Notes: generated by a model not told the origin, from the letters alone. A stretch of 64,000 nt of DNA from Pseudomonadota bacterium (GCA_043797085.1 JAZDQA010000005.1:32001-96000), one strand, 5' to 3'; numbered from the stretch's first letter, positions 36,973-47,640 are shown. Numbers and translations are program-made.

Positions 36973-38250
36973 TTATATTTTCGCTCCTGAAACTGCGCCC
37001 CACGTTGTTCTCCAACGCGTTTTAACCAGACTGATACCGCTCATAGCGATAAGAACCATCACACCGAAGATCAAAAATCCGGCTGTATACCCCTCGAATG
37101 CTCCTTGCGACCATCCGAATGTTTTGATAAGAGCTGTACCGCCCAAACCGCCTGCTGCACCGATAAGCCCTGTCATAACGCCGATGTCTTTACCAAAACG
37201 CTGCGGAACGAGCTGAAATACTGAACCGTTCGCCATTCCGAGATTTGCCATGATAAGAAACATCACGACAATCGCTGCCCAAAACGGAAGCTTGATAAAG
37301 GCACTGATAAGAGATAGAACGACAATCATACCAAAAAAGATGTAAAGGGATTTTATTCCTCCCATTTTATCCGCAACTGCACCGCCGACCGGACGAAGCA
37401 TTGCTCCTGCAAAAATACAAAGTGCTCCGAAATATCCGGCGATAACTTTGACGTTCTCCTCGTTCATCACATCGATGCCAAAGGCAGACATATCTGCTTG
37501 GTAGGTGTTCATCAAATAGACTTTCATGTAGTTGGCAAATCCGATAAATCCTCCGAAAGAGACGGCATAAAAGAGGTTAAACCACCATGTGTCTTTGTCT
37601 CGCATGAGTTTCATATAATCCGCTAATTTTTTAGGATTTGGTTTATAGACACTTGATGGTGCGTCTTTTGCCATAAGCATATAGGCTACCAATACAATAC
37701 TTGATAGAATCCCGCCGACCAAGAAGACCGATGCCCATCCCCAAAGTTCTGCAATCTTAGGGGCAAATAAAAAGTCAATAACAACCCCGATATTTCCTGC
37801 ACCCGCAATCCCAAGAACCGTTCCCTGAAGACGCGGCGGATACCATTGACCTGCTTGCGGGAGTGCTACGGCAAATGATGCACCTGCAAATCCAAGACCC
37901 AATGCGACAAGAAGAAGCTGATTATACGTAATAGAATCCGCACTGATATAGGCCAAAAAGAGTGTGGCAATCACGATGAGCTGAGAAACAAGAGCGGTTT
38001 TCTTCGCTCCGAATTTATCGACAAATACGCCCAATACGATGCGCAGCAGAGCACCAGCAAGTACCGGAACCGCGAGCAGTGTCGCTTGCTGATCATCACT
38101 CATGGTAAATCCACGAAGTGAGAGGCTTTCCCCAATCTCGGTTGCCAGTGGTCCCAGCATCGTCCACATCATAAAACTAAAATCAAAATACAAGAAAGCT
38201 GCAAACAGCGTTGGCCAGTGCCCCTCTTTTTTTAAATCTCCGAATTTCAT
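36973..38250 (-). CDS. narK: NarK/NasA-family MFS nitrate/nitrite transporter
   Basis: GHWPTLFAAFLYFDFSF, GFAGASFAVALP, GAGNIG, FYAVSFGGFIG, LRPVGG, NGSVFQLVPQRF. Confidence 0.93.
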   Translation of the reverse strand: MKFGDLKKEGHWPTLFAAFLYFDFSFMMWTMLGPLATEIGESLSLRGFTMSDDQQATLLAVPVLAGALLRIVLGVFVDKFGAKKTALVSQLIVIATLFLAYISADSITYNQLLLVALGLGFAGASFAVALPQAGQWYPPRLQGTVLGIAGAGNIGVVIDFLFAPKIAELWGWASVFLVGGILSSIVLVAYMLMAKDAPSSVYKPNPKKLADYMKLMRDKDTWWFNLFYAVSFGGFIGFANYMKVYLMNTYQADMSAFGIDVMNEENVKVIAGYFGALCIFAGAMLRPVGGAVADKMGGIKSLYIFFGMIVVLSLISAFIKLPFWAAIVVMFLIMANLGMANGSVFQLVPQRFGKDIGVMTGLIGAAGGLGGTALIKTFGWSQGAFEGYTAGFLIFGVMVLIAMSGISLVKTRWRTTWGAVSGAKI

Positions 38251-38256
38251 GTATCC

Positions 38257-38279
38257 TCCTAATTAGGATTTTTTTATCT
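38257..38279 (-). promoter_or_regulatory. Shared 23-bp nitrate-unit leader motif, copy 3 (narK-kinase)
   Basis: + strand TCCTAATTAGGATTTTTTTATCT; TACACT -10 candidate 4 nt upstream on the minus strand. Confidence 0.65.
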
Positions 38280-38421
38280 CAAAAGTGTACACTAATGTGT
38301 AATGCTTTCTATTCAGTTGATTGTTTAAATTTTAATCACTTTGACTTTTAGATGAATTTTTAACGATTCATGAACATTTAAGGGATACAATAGAAAATTA
38401 AGATCAAAAGGAGAGTGCGCT

Positions 38422-38853
38422 ATGTTGGCTGAATTCAAAAAATTTTTAATCGGTGGCAATGTCATTGATATGGCGGTAGGGTTTATTTTTGGTGCTGCGT
38501 TTGCGACAGTTGTTAAATCATTGGTGACAAATATCATTATGCCACCCGTTGGTTTGCTTATGGGGGGAGCCGATTTTTCGTCGTTATTTATCGCTTTGGA
38601 CGGGAAAGAATATGTTTCTTTAAGCGCTTTGGATGCCGCTGGGGCTCCGGCAATTAAGCTTGGATTGTTTGTAAATGATGTTATTTCGTTTACGATTTTA
38701 GGATTTGTGATGTTTATGATGGTGAAAGCCTACAATAAACTCAAAGCGAAAGAGCCAGAAGCAGCTGTACCTACGACTAAAGTATGTCCTGAATGTGCGA
38801 TGGAAATTCCATTGGCAGCACATGTGTGTCCCCATTGCCGAAGTGTGCAATAA
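38422..38853 (+). CDS. mscL: Large-conductance mechanosensitive channel with C-terminal zinc-ribbon-like motif
   Basis: EFKKFLIGGNVIDMAVGFIFGAAF, IIMPPVG; tail CPEC-x10-CPHC. Confidence 0.95.
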   Translation: MLAEFKKFLIGGNVIDMAVGFIFGAAFATVVKSLVTNIIMPPVGLLMGGADFSSLFIALDGKEYVSLSALDAAGAPAIKLGLFVNDVISFTILGFVMFMMVKAYNKLKAKEPEAAVPTTKVCPECAMEIPLAAHVCPHCRSVQ

Positions 38854-38856
38854 GTT

Positions 38857-41805
38857 TTATGAACGACTCATTCTAAATACTTCAAACGCTTCGGCGGGAA
38901 GAGGTTTAGAATAAAAATATCCTTGTATTTCATCGCATCCTTCTTCTTGAAGATATTCGAGCTGCTCAATCGTTTCAACTCCCTCTGCAATTGTTTGCAA
39001 GCCTAAGCGTTTTGCCATACTGATGATCGCACTGACGATAGCTTTATCCTCTTTATCAATGTTGATGTCCCGAATAAATGATTGATCAATCTTGAGTTTG
39101 TAGATTTTGAATTTCTTGAGGTAGCTTAAGCTTGAGTACCCTGTCCCAAAATCATCTATGGACATGTGTACCCCAAGATCGTGTAAATCATTCATTACAT
39201 TGATGGCTTTTTGCGGATCATGCATCGCTATGCTTTCGGTCAGTTCAAGTTCTAGGTATTGAGGGGGTAATCCGACTTCTTCAAGTATCATGGAAACCGT
39301 GTTTAACAGCGATAAATGCCGAAATTGTATCGCTGATAGATTGACTGCAATAATAATTGGTTTACTTCCTTGGTCCATCCACATTTTTGCTTGAGATATA
39401 GCGGTTTGCAGTACCCATTCCCCTACAGGTAAGATGAGACCATTTTCTTCTAAAATAGGGATAAATTCCGCAGGAAATATGCTTCCATACTCTGGATGAT
39501 GCCAGCGTAAAAGTGCTTCTGCCCCAATGATTTCGCCATCCTTAGCAGAAATTTGAGGTTGATAGTGCAGCTGAAATTGATTTTTTTCCAGCGCATGACG
39601 CAAGGCATTATTCAATTGTAGATTTCGAGCTGAATGTTCTTGCATCTCACTAGTAAAGAAGCTGTAGCCGTTACGTCCTTCTTGTTTGGCGCGATACATC
39701 GCAGTATCGGCATTTTTATAGAGAGTTTCGAAATCCGTTCCGTCATTAGGGTACAAAGCAATTCCAATAGAAGCGCTGATACTAAGTTCATGATGATCGA
39801 TTTGGAAAGGAGTGTTAAAGACATCTAAAAGTTTTTGAGCTACTTTTATGGCTCCATTTATCTGTATGTTGGGGAGAAGAATGATGAACTCATCGCCTCC
39901 TAGCCGTGCTAAGGTGTCTTCTTCACGCAATAACGATTGCAGACGTGCAGAAGACTGAATCAGCAGGGTATCACCGATGCTGTGTCCTAAGGTATCATTA
40001 ATTTCCTTGAATCGGTCAAGGTCGAGAAACATGACCGTAATCTCTTTATTGTTGCGTTTTGCCAAACTCAATAAATGTTTAATTTGGAGGTTGAGCTGTG
40101 TACGATTTGGCAATCCTGTCAGAGAATCAAAATTTGCCAGATAGCGTATTTGTTCTTCGTTTTGTTTACGTTGGGTCGTATCTCTTGTGATGCCCAGTAA
40201 CATAGTGATATTTCCGTTTGTATCACGTAAAGGCGTTGCATGCGTTTCAAGCCAGCGATGGGTCCCTTTTATTCCTTGAATTTCAAATTCTAATATAGCA
40301 TTTTCTCCATTCATCACTCGTTTGTGCAACTCGATAAAAGGAGCTCGCCATTCAGGCAGGATGTAGTGCATCAAAGTATATTTTTGTGCCTCTTCTAGGG
40401 TATCAACCTCTAACATTTTTAATCCGGCAGGATTCATCTCTACAAGCTTACCGTTTGCATCTACCAATTTGACACATTCGGGTTCTGTTTCAATAATAGT
40501 AGATAGATGTTTTTGACTTTTTTGTAAAGCCTCTTCCATGTCTTTTCGGAGGGTGTCATGTTTGAAACTCTCTAGCGCAAAGCTGATATCCATTGCCATC
40601 TCTTCGAGCAATCTTTTGGCCGCTTCATCAAAGGCTTCTATGTCTTGAGCATAGAGAGTAAATATTCCCACCGTTTTTTTGTCGCGATAAAGTAGAAATT
40701 CGGTACTGTAATCGGTACTTTCTCCATAAAATGCGACCAATTCCATTTGCTGATTTTGTTCATTGTGAATGGAAATCGATGCCCTTTTCATACCACCGAA
40801 ATTGACGGCATCACGACAAATGATAGGAAATAGCTCTTCTTCATTTTTACATCGGACGATGGCTTGATTGCATTGACTTAATGCGGCATAGAGCCGTTTG
40901 AGCCGTTCATTTTTAGTGATGAGATCTTTTAGCGTTGATTGTGTTTCGCCAAGCCATCCTAAAACACTGTTTTCTTGACCTGAATTTACAATTATTGGAA
41001 TCGAAAAATCTCCCTGTCCTATACGTGAAATATGCGAGTGCAAATCATCGACGGAGCTGCCGAGTATCATATTGAGTGTTTTATAGAGACGAAAAAGCAT
41101 AAAGAAAAAATAGATGCCGATGAATACAAAGAGTATTCGAAAATAGTAGGCAATGGTTTCGGCTGTGTAAACTGCATCATTTGTCCGTTTTTTCATCATG
41201 ACATAAGATTCATCAATAGGATGCATAATAGAAGCTTTTGCCTGATGGTAAGTTGCATCATGCAAAAGTTCGAGAGCTTGTTGTTTTTTAAGAGCCATCT
41301 GCGATTGGGAGCCTTTGGATTCTATCAGCTTCATTGCGGTAAATTCGGTTTTGGTGAGTACATCGGAATTATTTTTGGCTTCGGATAGTTTGGCAAATTC
41401 GTCTTTTGTAAATCCTGCTTGACGCATTCTATCGATTAAAGGTACGGATTGATTGCTAAGAGGACGCGGACGTTTATCATCCAGTCCAACTAGATCCCAA
41501 TAAATATTCTGATAGTCAATCGGGCGAGCATTTAATCCATTACGAATATCGAGAATTTCTTGATAATGTTCTTTGTAAAGTGGATTTCCGGTGGCTATGT
41601 AGGTTCGAACCATTCGTGTTAAATCATCCGAAGATTGGCGTAATTCATCTGCGAGTAAAAAAGAGTTCAGACGTATTTCATTCAAACGATCAATTTCTTT
41701 TTCAGAATAAACATAGATATTAAGTGAGATTAAAAGCAGTATTAGGACAGAAATTGTTTGCCAAATATTTCGTATAAATGGAGAGAAAGATTTTTTTAAA
41801 AGCAT
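38857..41805 (-). CDS. Membrane-anchored sensor diguanylate cyclase/phosphodiesterase (periplasmic sensor, shortened GAF, PAS, GGDEF, EAL)
   Basis: Two TMs, LRQSSDDLTRMVRTY, PAS (EPECVKLVD), DSLTGLPNR, RLGGDEF, AEALLRW, DDFGTGYSS, AEGVE. Confidence 0.93.
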   Translation of the reverse strand: MLLKKSFSPFIRNIWQTISVLILLLISLNIYVYSEKEIDRLNEIRLNSFLLADELRQSSDDLTRMVRTYIATGNPLYKEHYQEILDIRNGLNARPIDYQNIYWDLVGLDDKRPRPLSNQSVPLIDRMRQAGFTKDEFAKLSEAKNNSDVLTKTEFTAMKLIESKGSQSQMALKKQQALELLHDATYHQAKASIMHPIDESYVMMKKRTNDAVYTAETIAYYFRILFVFIGIYFFFMLFRLYKTLNMILGSSVDDLHSHISRIGQGDFSIPIIVNSGQENSVLGWLGETQSTLKDLITKNERLKRLYAALSQCNQAIVRCKNEEELFPIICRDAVNFGGMKRASISIHNEQNQQMELVAFYGESTDYSTEFLLYRDKKTVGIFTLYAQDIEAFDEAAKRLLEEMAMDISFALESFKHDTLRKDMEEALQKSQKHLSTIIETEPECVKLVDANGKLVEMNPAGLKMLEVDTLEEAQKYTLMHYILPEWRAPFIELHKRVMNGENAILEFEIQGIKGTHRWLETHATPLRDTNGNITMLLGITRDTTQRKQNEEQIRYLANFDSLTGLPNRTQLNLQIKHLLSLAKRNNKEITVMFLDLDRFKEINDTLGHSIGDTLLIQSSARLQSLLREEDTLARLGGDEFIILLPNIQINGAIKVAQKLLDVFNTPFQIDHHELSISASIGIALYPNDGTDFETLYKNADTAMYRAKQEGRNGYSFFTSEMQEHSARNLQLNNALRHALEKNQFQLHYQPQISAKDGEIIGAEALLRWHHPEYGSIFPAEFIPILEENGLILPVGEWVLQTAISQAKMWMDQGSKPIIIAVNLSAIQFRHLSLLNTVSMILEEVGLPPQYLELELTESIAMHDPQKAINVMNDLHDLGVHMSIDDFGTGYSSLSYLKKFKIYKLKIDQSFIRDINIDKEDKAIVSAIISMAKRLGLQTIAEGVETIEQLEYLQEEGCDEIQGYFYSKPLPAEAFEVFRMSRS

Positions 41806-41889
41806 TAGAATTCCTAATATAGGATAAAGTATGATTAGATATTATCATACTTTAAAAGAAATATAACTGACGTTTTCCACTCTTGGAAT

Positions 41890-42456
41890 TTAGGCTGTAG
41901 CGTTTAGAATATTGCCCCCAAGAGCAGTGATTTTTTCATCGATTTTTGCCAGTGCTTTGTTTAGTGTTTCGTAGGAAATATCAGGCAGTTTTCCACCCCA
42001 TATTTTTTCGGCTTCATTAAATCCGCGAACGATTCCCTCTCGACCTGCTTTGAGTCTATCGATATCATCGCCACCGCCGCTGAGAACAAAATCGGCAAGA
42101 CGATTGGACGTTTGTGCGACTCCGAAAAATCCCTCTTCACTGACCAATGCTTTCGCTTCATCAGGGTTCATATCGGCTATGGGTTTACCGGTATATCCGA
42201 TGGCGGTAAAATCAATGGATTTTAAAATATCTTTAACTTTATTGATATCAAATGAGGCACTTTGTGCTTCTAAATTATTGGAGGAATAACTTTCAACGCT
42301 TTGGGTGTATTCAATAAGATAAGCTTGAGAAAGAGTTTTTCCTGAAATCTCACCGCTTTTTATTTTCTCTTTAAAGTCGGCAGACTCTTTTTCATTTTGT
42401 CCGAGGGTATTTGCCGCGTATGGATTAACTGAACTTGTTGTTGTATTGACTTGCAT
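41890..42456 (-). CDS. Conserved hypothetical protein, probably sigma-28 controlled
   Basis: EAKALVSEEGFFGVAQTSNRLADF, GFNEAEKIWGGKLPDISYET; MQVN-type start and sigma-28-like promoter. Confidence 0.7.
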   Translation of the reverse strand: MQVNTTTSSVNPYAANTLGQNEKESADFKEKIKSGEISGKTLSQAYLIEYTQSVESYSSNNLEAQSASFDINKVKDILKSIDFTAIGYTGKPIADMNPDEAKALVSEEGFFGVAQTSNRLADFVLSGGGDDIDRLKAGREGIVRGFNEAEKIWGGKLPDISYETLNKALAKIDEKITALGGNILNATA

Positions 42457-42485
42457 AATGGTTCCTTTGTAAATCGTATACCTCT

Positions 42486-42510
42486 ATATCGTCCAAATCA
42501 CTATTTTTTA
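42486..42510 (-). promoter_or_regulatory. Sigma-28 (FliA)-like promoter
   Basis: Minus strand TAAA-N15-CGATAT about 30 nt upstream of ATG 42456. Confidence 0.55.
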
Positions 42511-42513
42511 TTA

Positions 42514-42587
42514 ACGCCAAAGGAATAAAAATCCCTTTAGCTACGCTTGCAGCACAAGGCACTAAAGCTTGCCTCTTGCGAGGCAGA
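42514..42587 (+). repeat. Dispersed structured repeat, copy 2 (5' half conserved, 3' half divergent)
   Basis: acgccaaaggaataaaaatccctttagctacgct matches the family; ends in a tgcctc-ttgc-gaggca hairpin. Confidence 0.6.
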
Positions 42588-42588
42588 A

Positions 42589-43796
42589 TTACTCATGTCG
42601 CAGGGCATCGATCGGATTAAGTCGGGCTGCCTTTCGCGCCGGAAAATATCCAAAAACGATCCCGACGATTGTTGAAAATAAAAAAGCGATAACAACAATC
42701 GAGGTATTGAAAACAAAAGGAAGCTCAAAAAAGAGGTTGATTCCCACCCCCACGCTGACTCCAAGCATCATACCGATAATTCCTCCCAGCGAAGAGAGGA
42801 CAACGGCTTCGACCAAAAATTGAAGCAATACTTCACGCTCCAGTGCACCTATAGCCAGACGGATACCGATTTCCCGTGTTCGTTCAGTGACGGAGACGAG
42901 CATGATGTTCATGATTCCGATCCCTCCGACAAGCAAGCTTATGGCTGCGACGGCACCCAGTAAGACGGTTAGCATTTTGGTTGTGGAAGAGAGGGTTTGG
43001 ACGACTTCACGCAAGTCTCTGACATTGAAGTCATCTTCATCTCCCATGCGTATATGACGGCGTTCACGCATGAGGGATGTAACACTGTTTTTGATCGTTT
43101 CAACTGTGGAAGCATTTTTTGCGGAAAGCATGATGGTTGAAATATCCTGATTGCCGCTGATACGACGCTGGAACATTCGAATCGGAACGACGATCAGATC
43201 GTCCTGATCCGTTCCGAACATCGATGCACCTTTAGGATGAAGCAGTCCGACGACCTGACACGAAAAATTTCCCAAACGAATCGATGCATCAATTGGATTT
43301 TGCTCACCGAAAAGTTCTTTGCGGATGGTTTCTCCGATGATGCAGACGGCTTTTCCCCCTTGCAGTTCGGCAGGAGTGAAGTTGCGTCCGGATTCAAAAA
43401 TCCAATCTTTGACGGTGAAATAATCGTTATTGCTTCCATCGATCGATGTGGAGTAGTTTTGATTGCCATAGACTACTTGCATCCCTTTGGATGAGACGGG
43501 AGCTACCCCTTTTAGACTTCCGATCTCGCGTGAAATGGCAGTAATGTCATCTTGGGTAAAACGTTTGGCAGTGGCATCACCACCACCTGGACCGTGACGC
43601 TCTTGTCCGGGGCGGATGATGAGCATATTACTGCCGAGTTTGGAGATACTGTTAGTAACGTATGCGGTCGTAGCGTCACCTAGCATTACCATGGCAATGA
43701 CGGAGGCTACTCCGATGACAATCCCCAACGTCGTCAGAACAGAACGCATCACACTGCGGCGGATTTCGCGAAGAGCCAAAATAAAGGCATTCCAAA

Positions 43797-43800
<4 letters not shown>
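42589..43800 (-). CDS. MacB-like ABC exporter permease
   Basis: RSVLTTLGIVIGVASVIAM, SLLVGGIGIMNIMLVSVTERTREIGIRLAIGA, PARKAARLNPIDALR. Confidence 0.93.
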
Positions 43801-44494
<694 letters not shown>

Positions 44495-44498
<4 letters not shown>

Positions 44499-45715
44499 AG
44501 TTCTTCTTCAATGCCGATGATGATGCGATCACCGATTTTTAAGGATGAACCCTGCACTATACTGCTAATACCGTCTGATTGTCCGATAGCAACTTTTATT
44601 TTGGTTGGAGTTTCATTTTTTAATACCCAAACATACTTTCCTTTGTCCTCTTGATCTGTGGCATGCTTTTTCTTATCGTCATTGTCCGAAAGAGGAGGGG
44701 TAAAGCGTAATGCCGCATTAGGGATAACGGGGACACTTTTAAACGTGCCGGTAATAATAGAGGCATTGGCAGTCATCCCCGGACGCAAAAGGAGATTAGT
44801 GTTGTGAACTTCTACCACCGCTTCATAGGTGACGACTCCGTTTACGATAGCCGAATTCATCCGCAGTTGTGTGATTTTTCCTTCGAATTGTCGGTTTGGG
44901 TACGCATCGACGCTAAATTGTACTTTTTGCCCCTCCTTGACTTCTCCGACATCGGCTTCATCGACGCTGACGATTACGCGCATTTTTGTTAAATCTTCTG
45001 CCATTTTAAAGAGTACAGGAGTCTGCATGGATGCCACGACAGTTTGCCCCGGCTCGATTTTTCGCTCCAATACGATTCCATTTACGGGAGAAACCACAAC
45101 GGCTTTACGAAGATCGTCTCTATCGGCATTGAGTTGTGCGGTAGATTGATCGCTTTGAGCAACAGCGGATGCCAGCTGGGCTTTGGCTTTTTCAACGGCA
45201 GTTGAGGTGTTGTCCATTTCCTGTTTGGAAGGGTAGTTTCCACCCGTTGCTGTGTACATTGAGCGAACTCTTCCCCATTCATTTTGAGCATTTTTTAATG
45301 TTGCTTTGGCTTGAGAAATACTAGCTTGACTGCCGGCAAGTGAGGCTTGGGAACTAATCACTTTAGAATTTAGTTTGGTCGTATCAAGCCTCGCCATGAC
45401 TTGCCCCACCTTTACCTGATCGTTATAATCGACGAGCACTTCGCTGATGGTTCCGGAGACTTCTATACCCACATCGACAGTATTTGTTGGCTCTATGTTC
45501 CCCGTTGCTGAGACCGTGGTGGTAAGCGTTTTGACCACAAGCTGGGAAGTTGTATACGTTACTTTTTTATCATCCGCATGTTTCATCCATCCCCAAACAC
45601 CTGCACCCGCTATTAATAAAAAAAGTCCTAAAAACCAAAGATATTTTTTTATAGGTCGTTTGGCGGATGTCCCCAGCCCGAGTGTTTTTTCGATAGTCTG
45701 AGATGAAGAAGTCAT
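44495..45715 (-). CDS. MacA-like periplasmic adaptor (membrane fusion protein)
   Basis: VSATGNIEP, EVSGTI, SPVNGIV, GQTVVAS, VDEADVG, LRPGMTA. Confidence 0.92.
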
Positions 45716-46926
45716 AATAGTTCCTTAGAAGTTTTGAGGGAAAAATGGAGTTTGGCAAGCTCTGTTTGGATATTGATTTCATTGATTTTAATCTCTAATT
45801 CCTCAATTTTTTTGGAATTTTTGAGTGTTTGAAGATCGTAACCGGTTTTCGTTCCTGAATCGACTCCCGCTTGGGTAGCTTGGATGAGATCATCGTAGAG
45901 GGCGAGATTATGCGTCGTGATGGCAATGTATTCACGATAACTCTCGATTTTTTCGATGGTCTGGGTATAGGTAGATTCGAGTTCACGACGTTTATCGGCA
46001 CTGGTGGCTACTTCTTGGAGATACGATGCTTTTGCCTCTTGGATAGTGGATGATGCATTATAAACTAGAGGGAGGTTGAGCGATACCCCCGCTCCGTAAT
46101 AGTTGCCACTGTAACTGCCGGAGAGTTCTTTTGGGTCATAGCTTTGATAGCCGATATTTCCATTGACCGCTAGAGAGGGGAGATAGTTAGTGCGGGTGAC
46201 ATCGTAAAGTTTTTGAAGTGTATCACTTTGAGCACGAGCGTATTGCACCTCAAATTGATTTTGCAAAAAATCTTCTTTTTGGATCAGCTCAAAACTGGGA
46301 ATTGAAAAAGTGTTTGGATCTATATCACTGATTTTAGTGACCTCAAAGCGCTGTTGGGCAATAGCGTATTTAGCGGATGCATAGGTTTTGAGTTCGCTGC
46401 TTTTGAGCATTAGTACATTATTGAGTTCGGTTATGTCTGCTTTTCCTGCATCGTATAAATGACGTTTGATGAATAGGGCGATTTCATGATTATCTAGTCG
46501 AAGCCGGCTTTGCTCAAGCTGCAGGAGACTTTTTTGTACACTTAATAGCGCGGTAAAAAGTTGTTGATTCAGTGACGCGATTTGCATTTGCAAGGTTATG
46601 GAATTGGTTTGCATTTTGGCATCGGCGTACTGGATTTGATAGGTGATTCCACCGGAGCGAAAAATGTCTTGTGAAACGGAGGCGGAAGCACGCTTCATAT
46701 CACTGTGAGTATCTCCTAACGCACTTTTATCATATTCGTAGGTGGCGTTAAGATTGATGGGGGCTATCCAGTTGGTTCGCAGTTTCTCGTGTTCTGAGTC
46801 ATATATCTCTTGCTGTTTTTGCAAGATCGTCTGTTTTTCGTTGGAAAGCAGCGTCATATTATCTGCTGCACTCACAGCCATAGAACAAAAAGCCAAGATA
46901 GGGAAAAGTAAAGGATGATATTTCAT
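45712..46926 (-). CDS. TolC-family outer-membrane efflux protein
   Basis: Signal peptide, helical repeats, YDAGKADI, YLPSL, GVSLNLPL; first gene of the exporter operon. Confidence 0.82.
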   Translation of the reverse strand: MKYHPLLFPILAFCSMAVSAADNMTLLSNEKQTILQKQQEIYDSEHEKLRTNWIAPINLNATYEYDKSALGDTHSDMKRASASVSQDIFRSGGITYQIQYADAKMQTNSITLQMQIASLNQQLFTALLSVQKSLLQLEQSRLRLDNHEIALFIKRHLYDAGKADITELNNVLMLKSSELKTYASAKYAIAQQRFEVTKISDIDPNTFSIPSFELIQKEDFLQNQFEVQYARAQSDTLQKLYDVTRTNYLPSLAVNGNIGYQSYDPKELSGSYSGNYYGAGVSLNLPLVYNASSTIQEAKASYLQEVATSADKRRELESTYTQTIEKIESYREYIAITTHNLALYDDLIQATQAGVDSGTKTGYDLQTLKNSKKIEELEIKINEINIQTELAKLHFSLKTSKELL

Positions 46927-46971
46927 CCTTCTATTGTAATATAAATTGGGTAATCAAAAAGTAACAAAAGG

Positions 46972-47640
46972 TTAATAAGTGTGAATAGAGAGGTCTCTTT
47001 GGGGTCTTATTCTAAAGCGTTTTGTTGAAATACACCCGATCTGATACTCGACCATCGATAAAAATGGCTCTAAAAAAGGTTCAAACTGTGCATCATCTAT
47101 GGTTTCTAATCCGTGAGCGTTGAGCAACTCTAAAATAGTAAGGGTTGATTCGATGGTTGAAAGACAAAAATCTTTGGGCTGTTCTTTGATTTGAAATTGA
47201 GAGCACTTGGTATGGGTGAAACTCAGTTTCGGCAACCGTTGTAGATTGGTGCTCAAACGAAGCATTTTCATCGAACAAGGCCACGTCGAATCGAGGATAA
47301 AAATCACTAACTGCTTGTTTTGAAGATCGATTTTTTGGGCATTGAGATGGAGAGAGTCATTCCCGGGATAGAGGAGATAGCAACAATTATTGGTATCGTC
47401 TATGAGGGCATTAACTGCGTTATGATTTGTAAAATCAACATCGATATAAATTTCTGAATTGGGAAGAGAGAGATGGGTCATTCTACCCGTCCCGTTTTTG
47501 GTCTTTTTAAACTCTTTGGGGTGCATTAAGATGATAAATTTTGTTGCAGTTTGAATCGGTTTGACGCAGGTGCATAAGCACTGTTTTTGAGGTCGATAAC
47601 AGTGATAACATGTCTCTCTGTTTACAGTTTCGCTATCCAT
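46972..47640 (-). CDS. DTW-domain tRNA-uridine aminocarboxypropyltransferase (TapT/YfiP-like)
   Basis: CYHC...CLC, LMHPKE, NGTG, LDSTW, LSTIES. Confidence 0.9.
   Translation of the reverse strand: MDSETVNRETCYHCYRPQKQCLCTCVKPIQTATKFIILMHPKEFKKTKNGTGRMTHLSLPNSEIYIDVDFTNHNAVNALIDDTNNCCYLLYPGNDSLHLNAQKIDLQNKQLVIFILDSTWPCSMKMLRLSTNLQRLPKLSFTHTKCSQFQIKEQPKDFCLSTIESTLTILELLNAHGLETIDDAQFEPFLEPFLSMVEYQIGCISTKRFRIRPQRDLSIHTY

Noticed and set aside
11052..38279. Reading the 23-bp nitrate motif as a canonical ANTAR (NasT/NasR) site
   Set aside because: The 6-nt loops lack the conserved A1/G4 pattern, no leader terminator follows, the leaders look very short, and no ANTAR protein is in the window.
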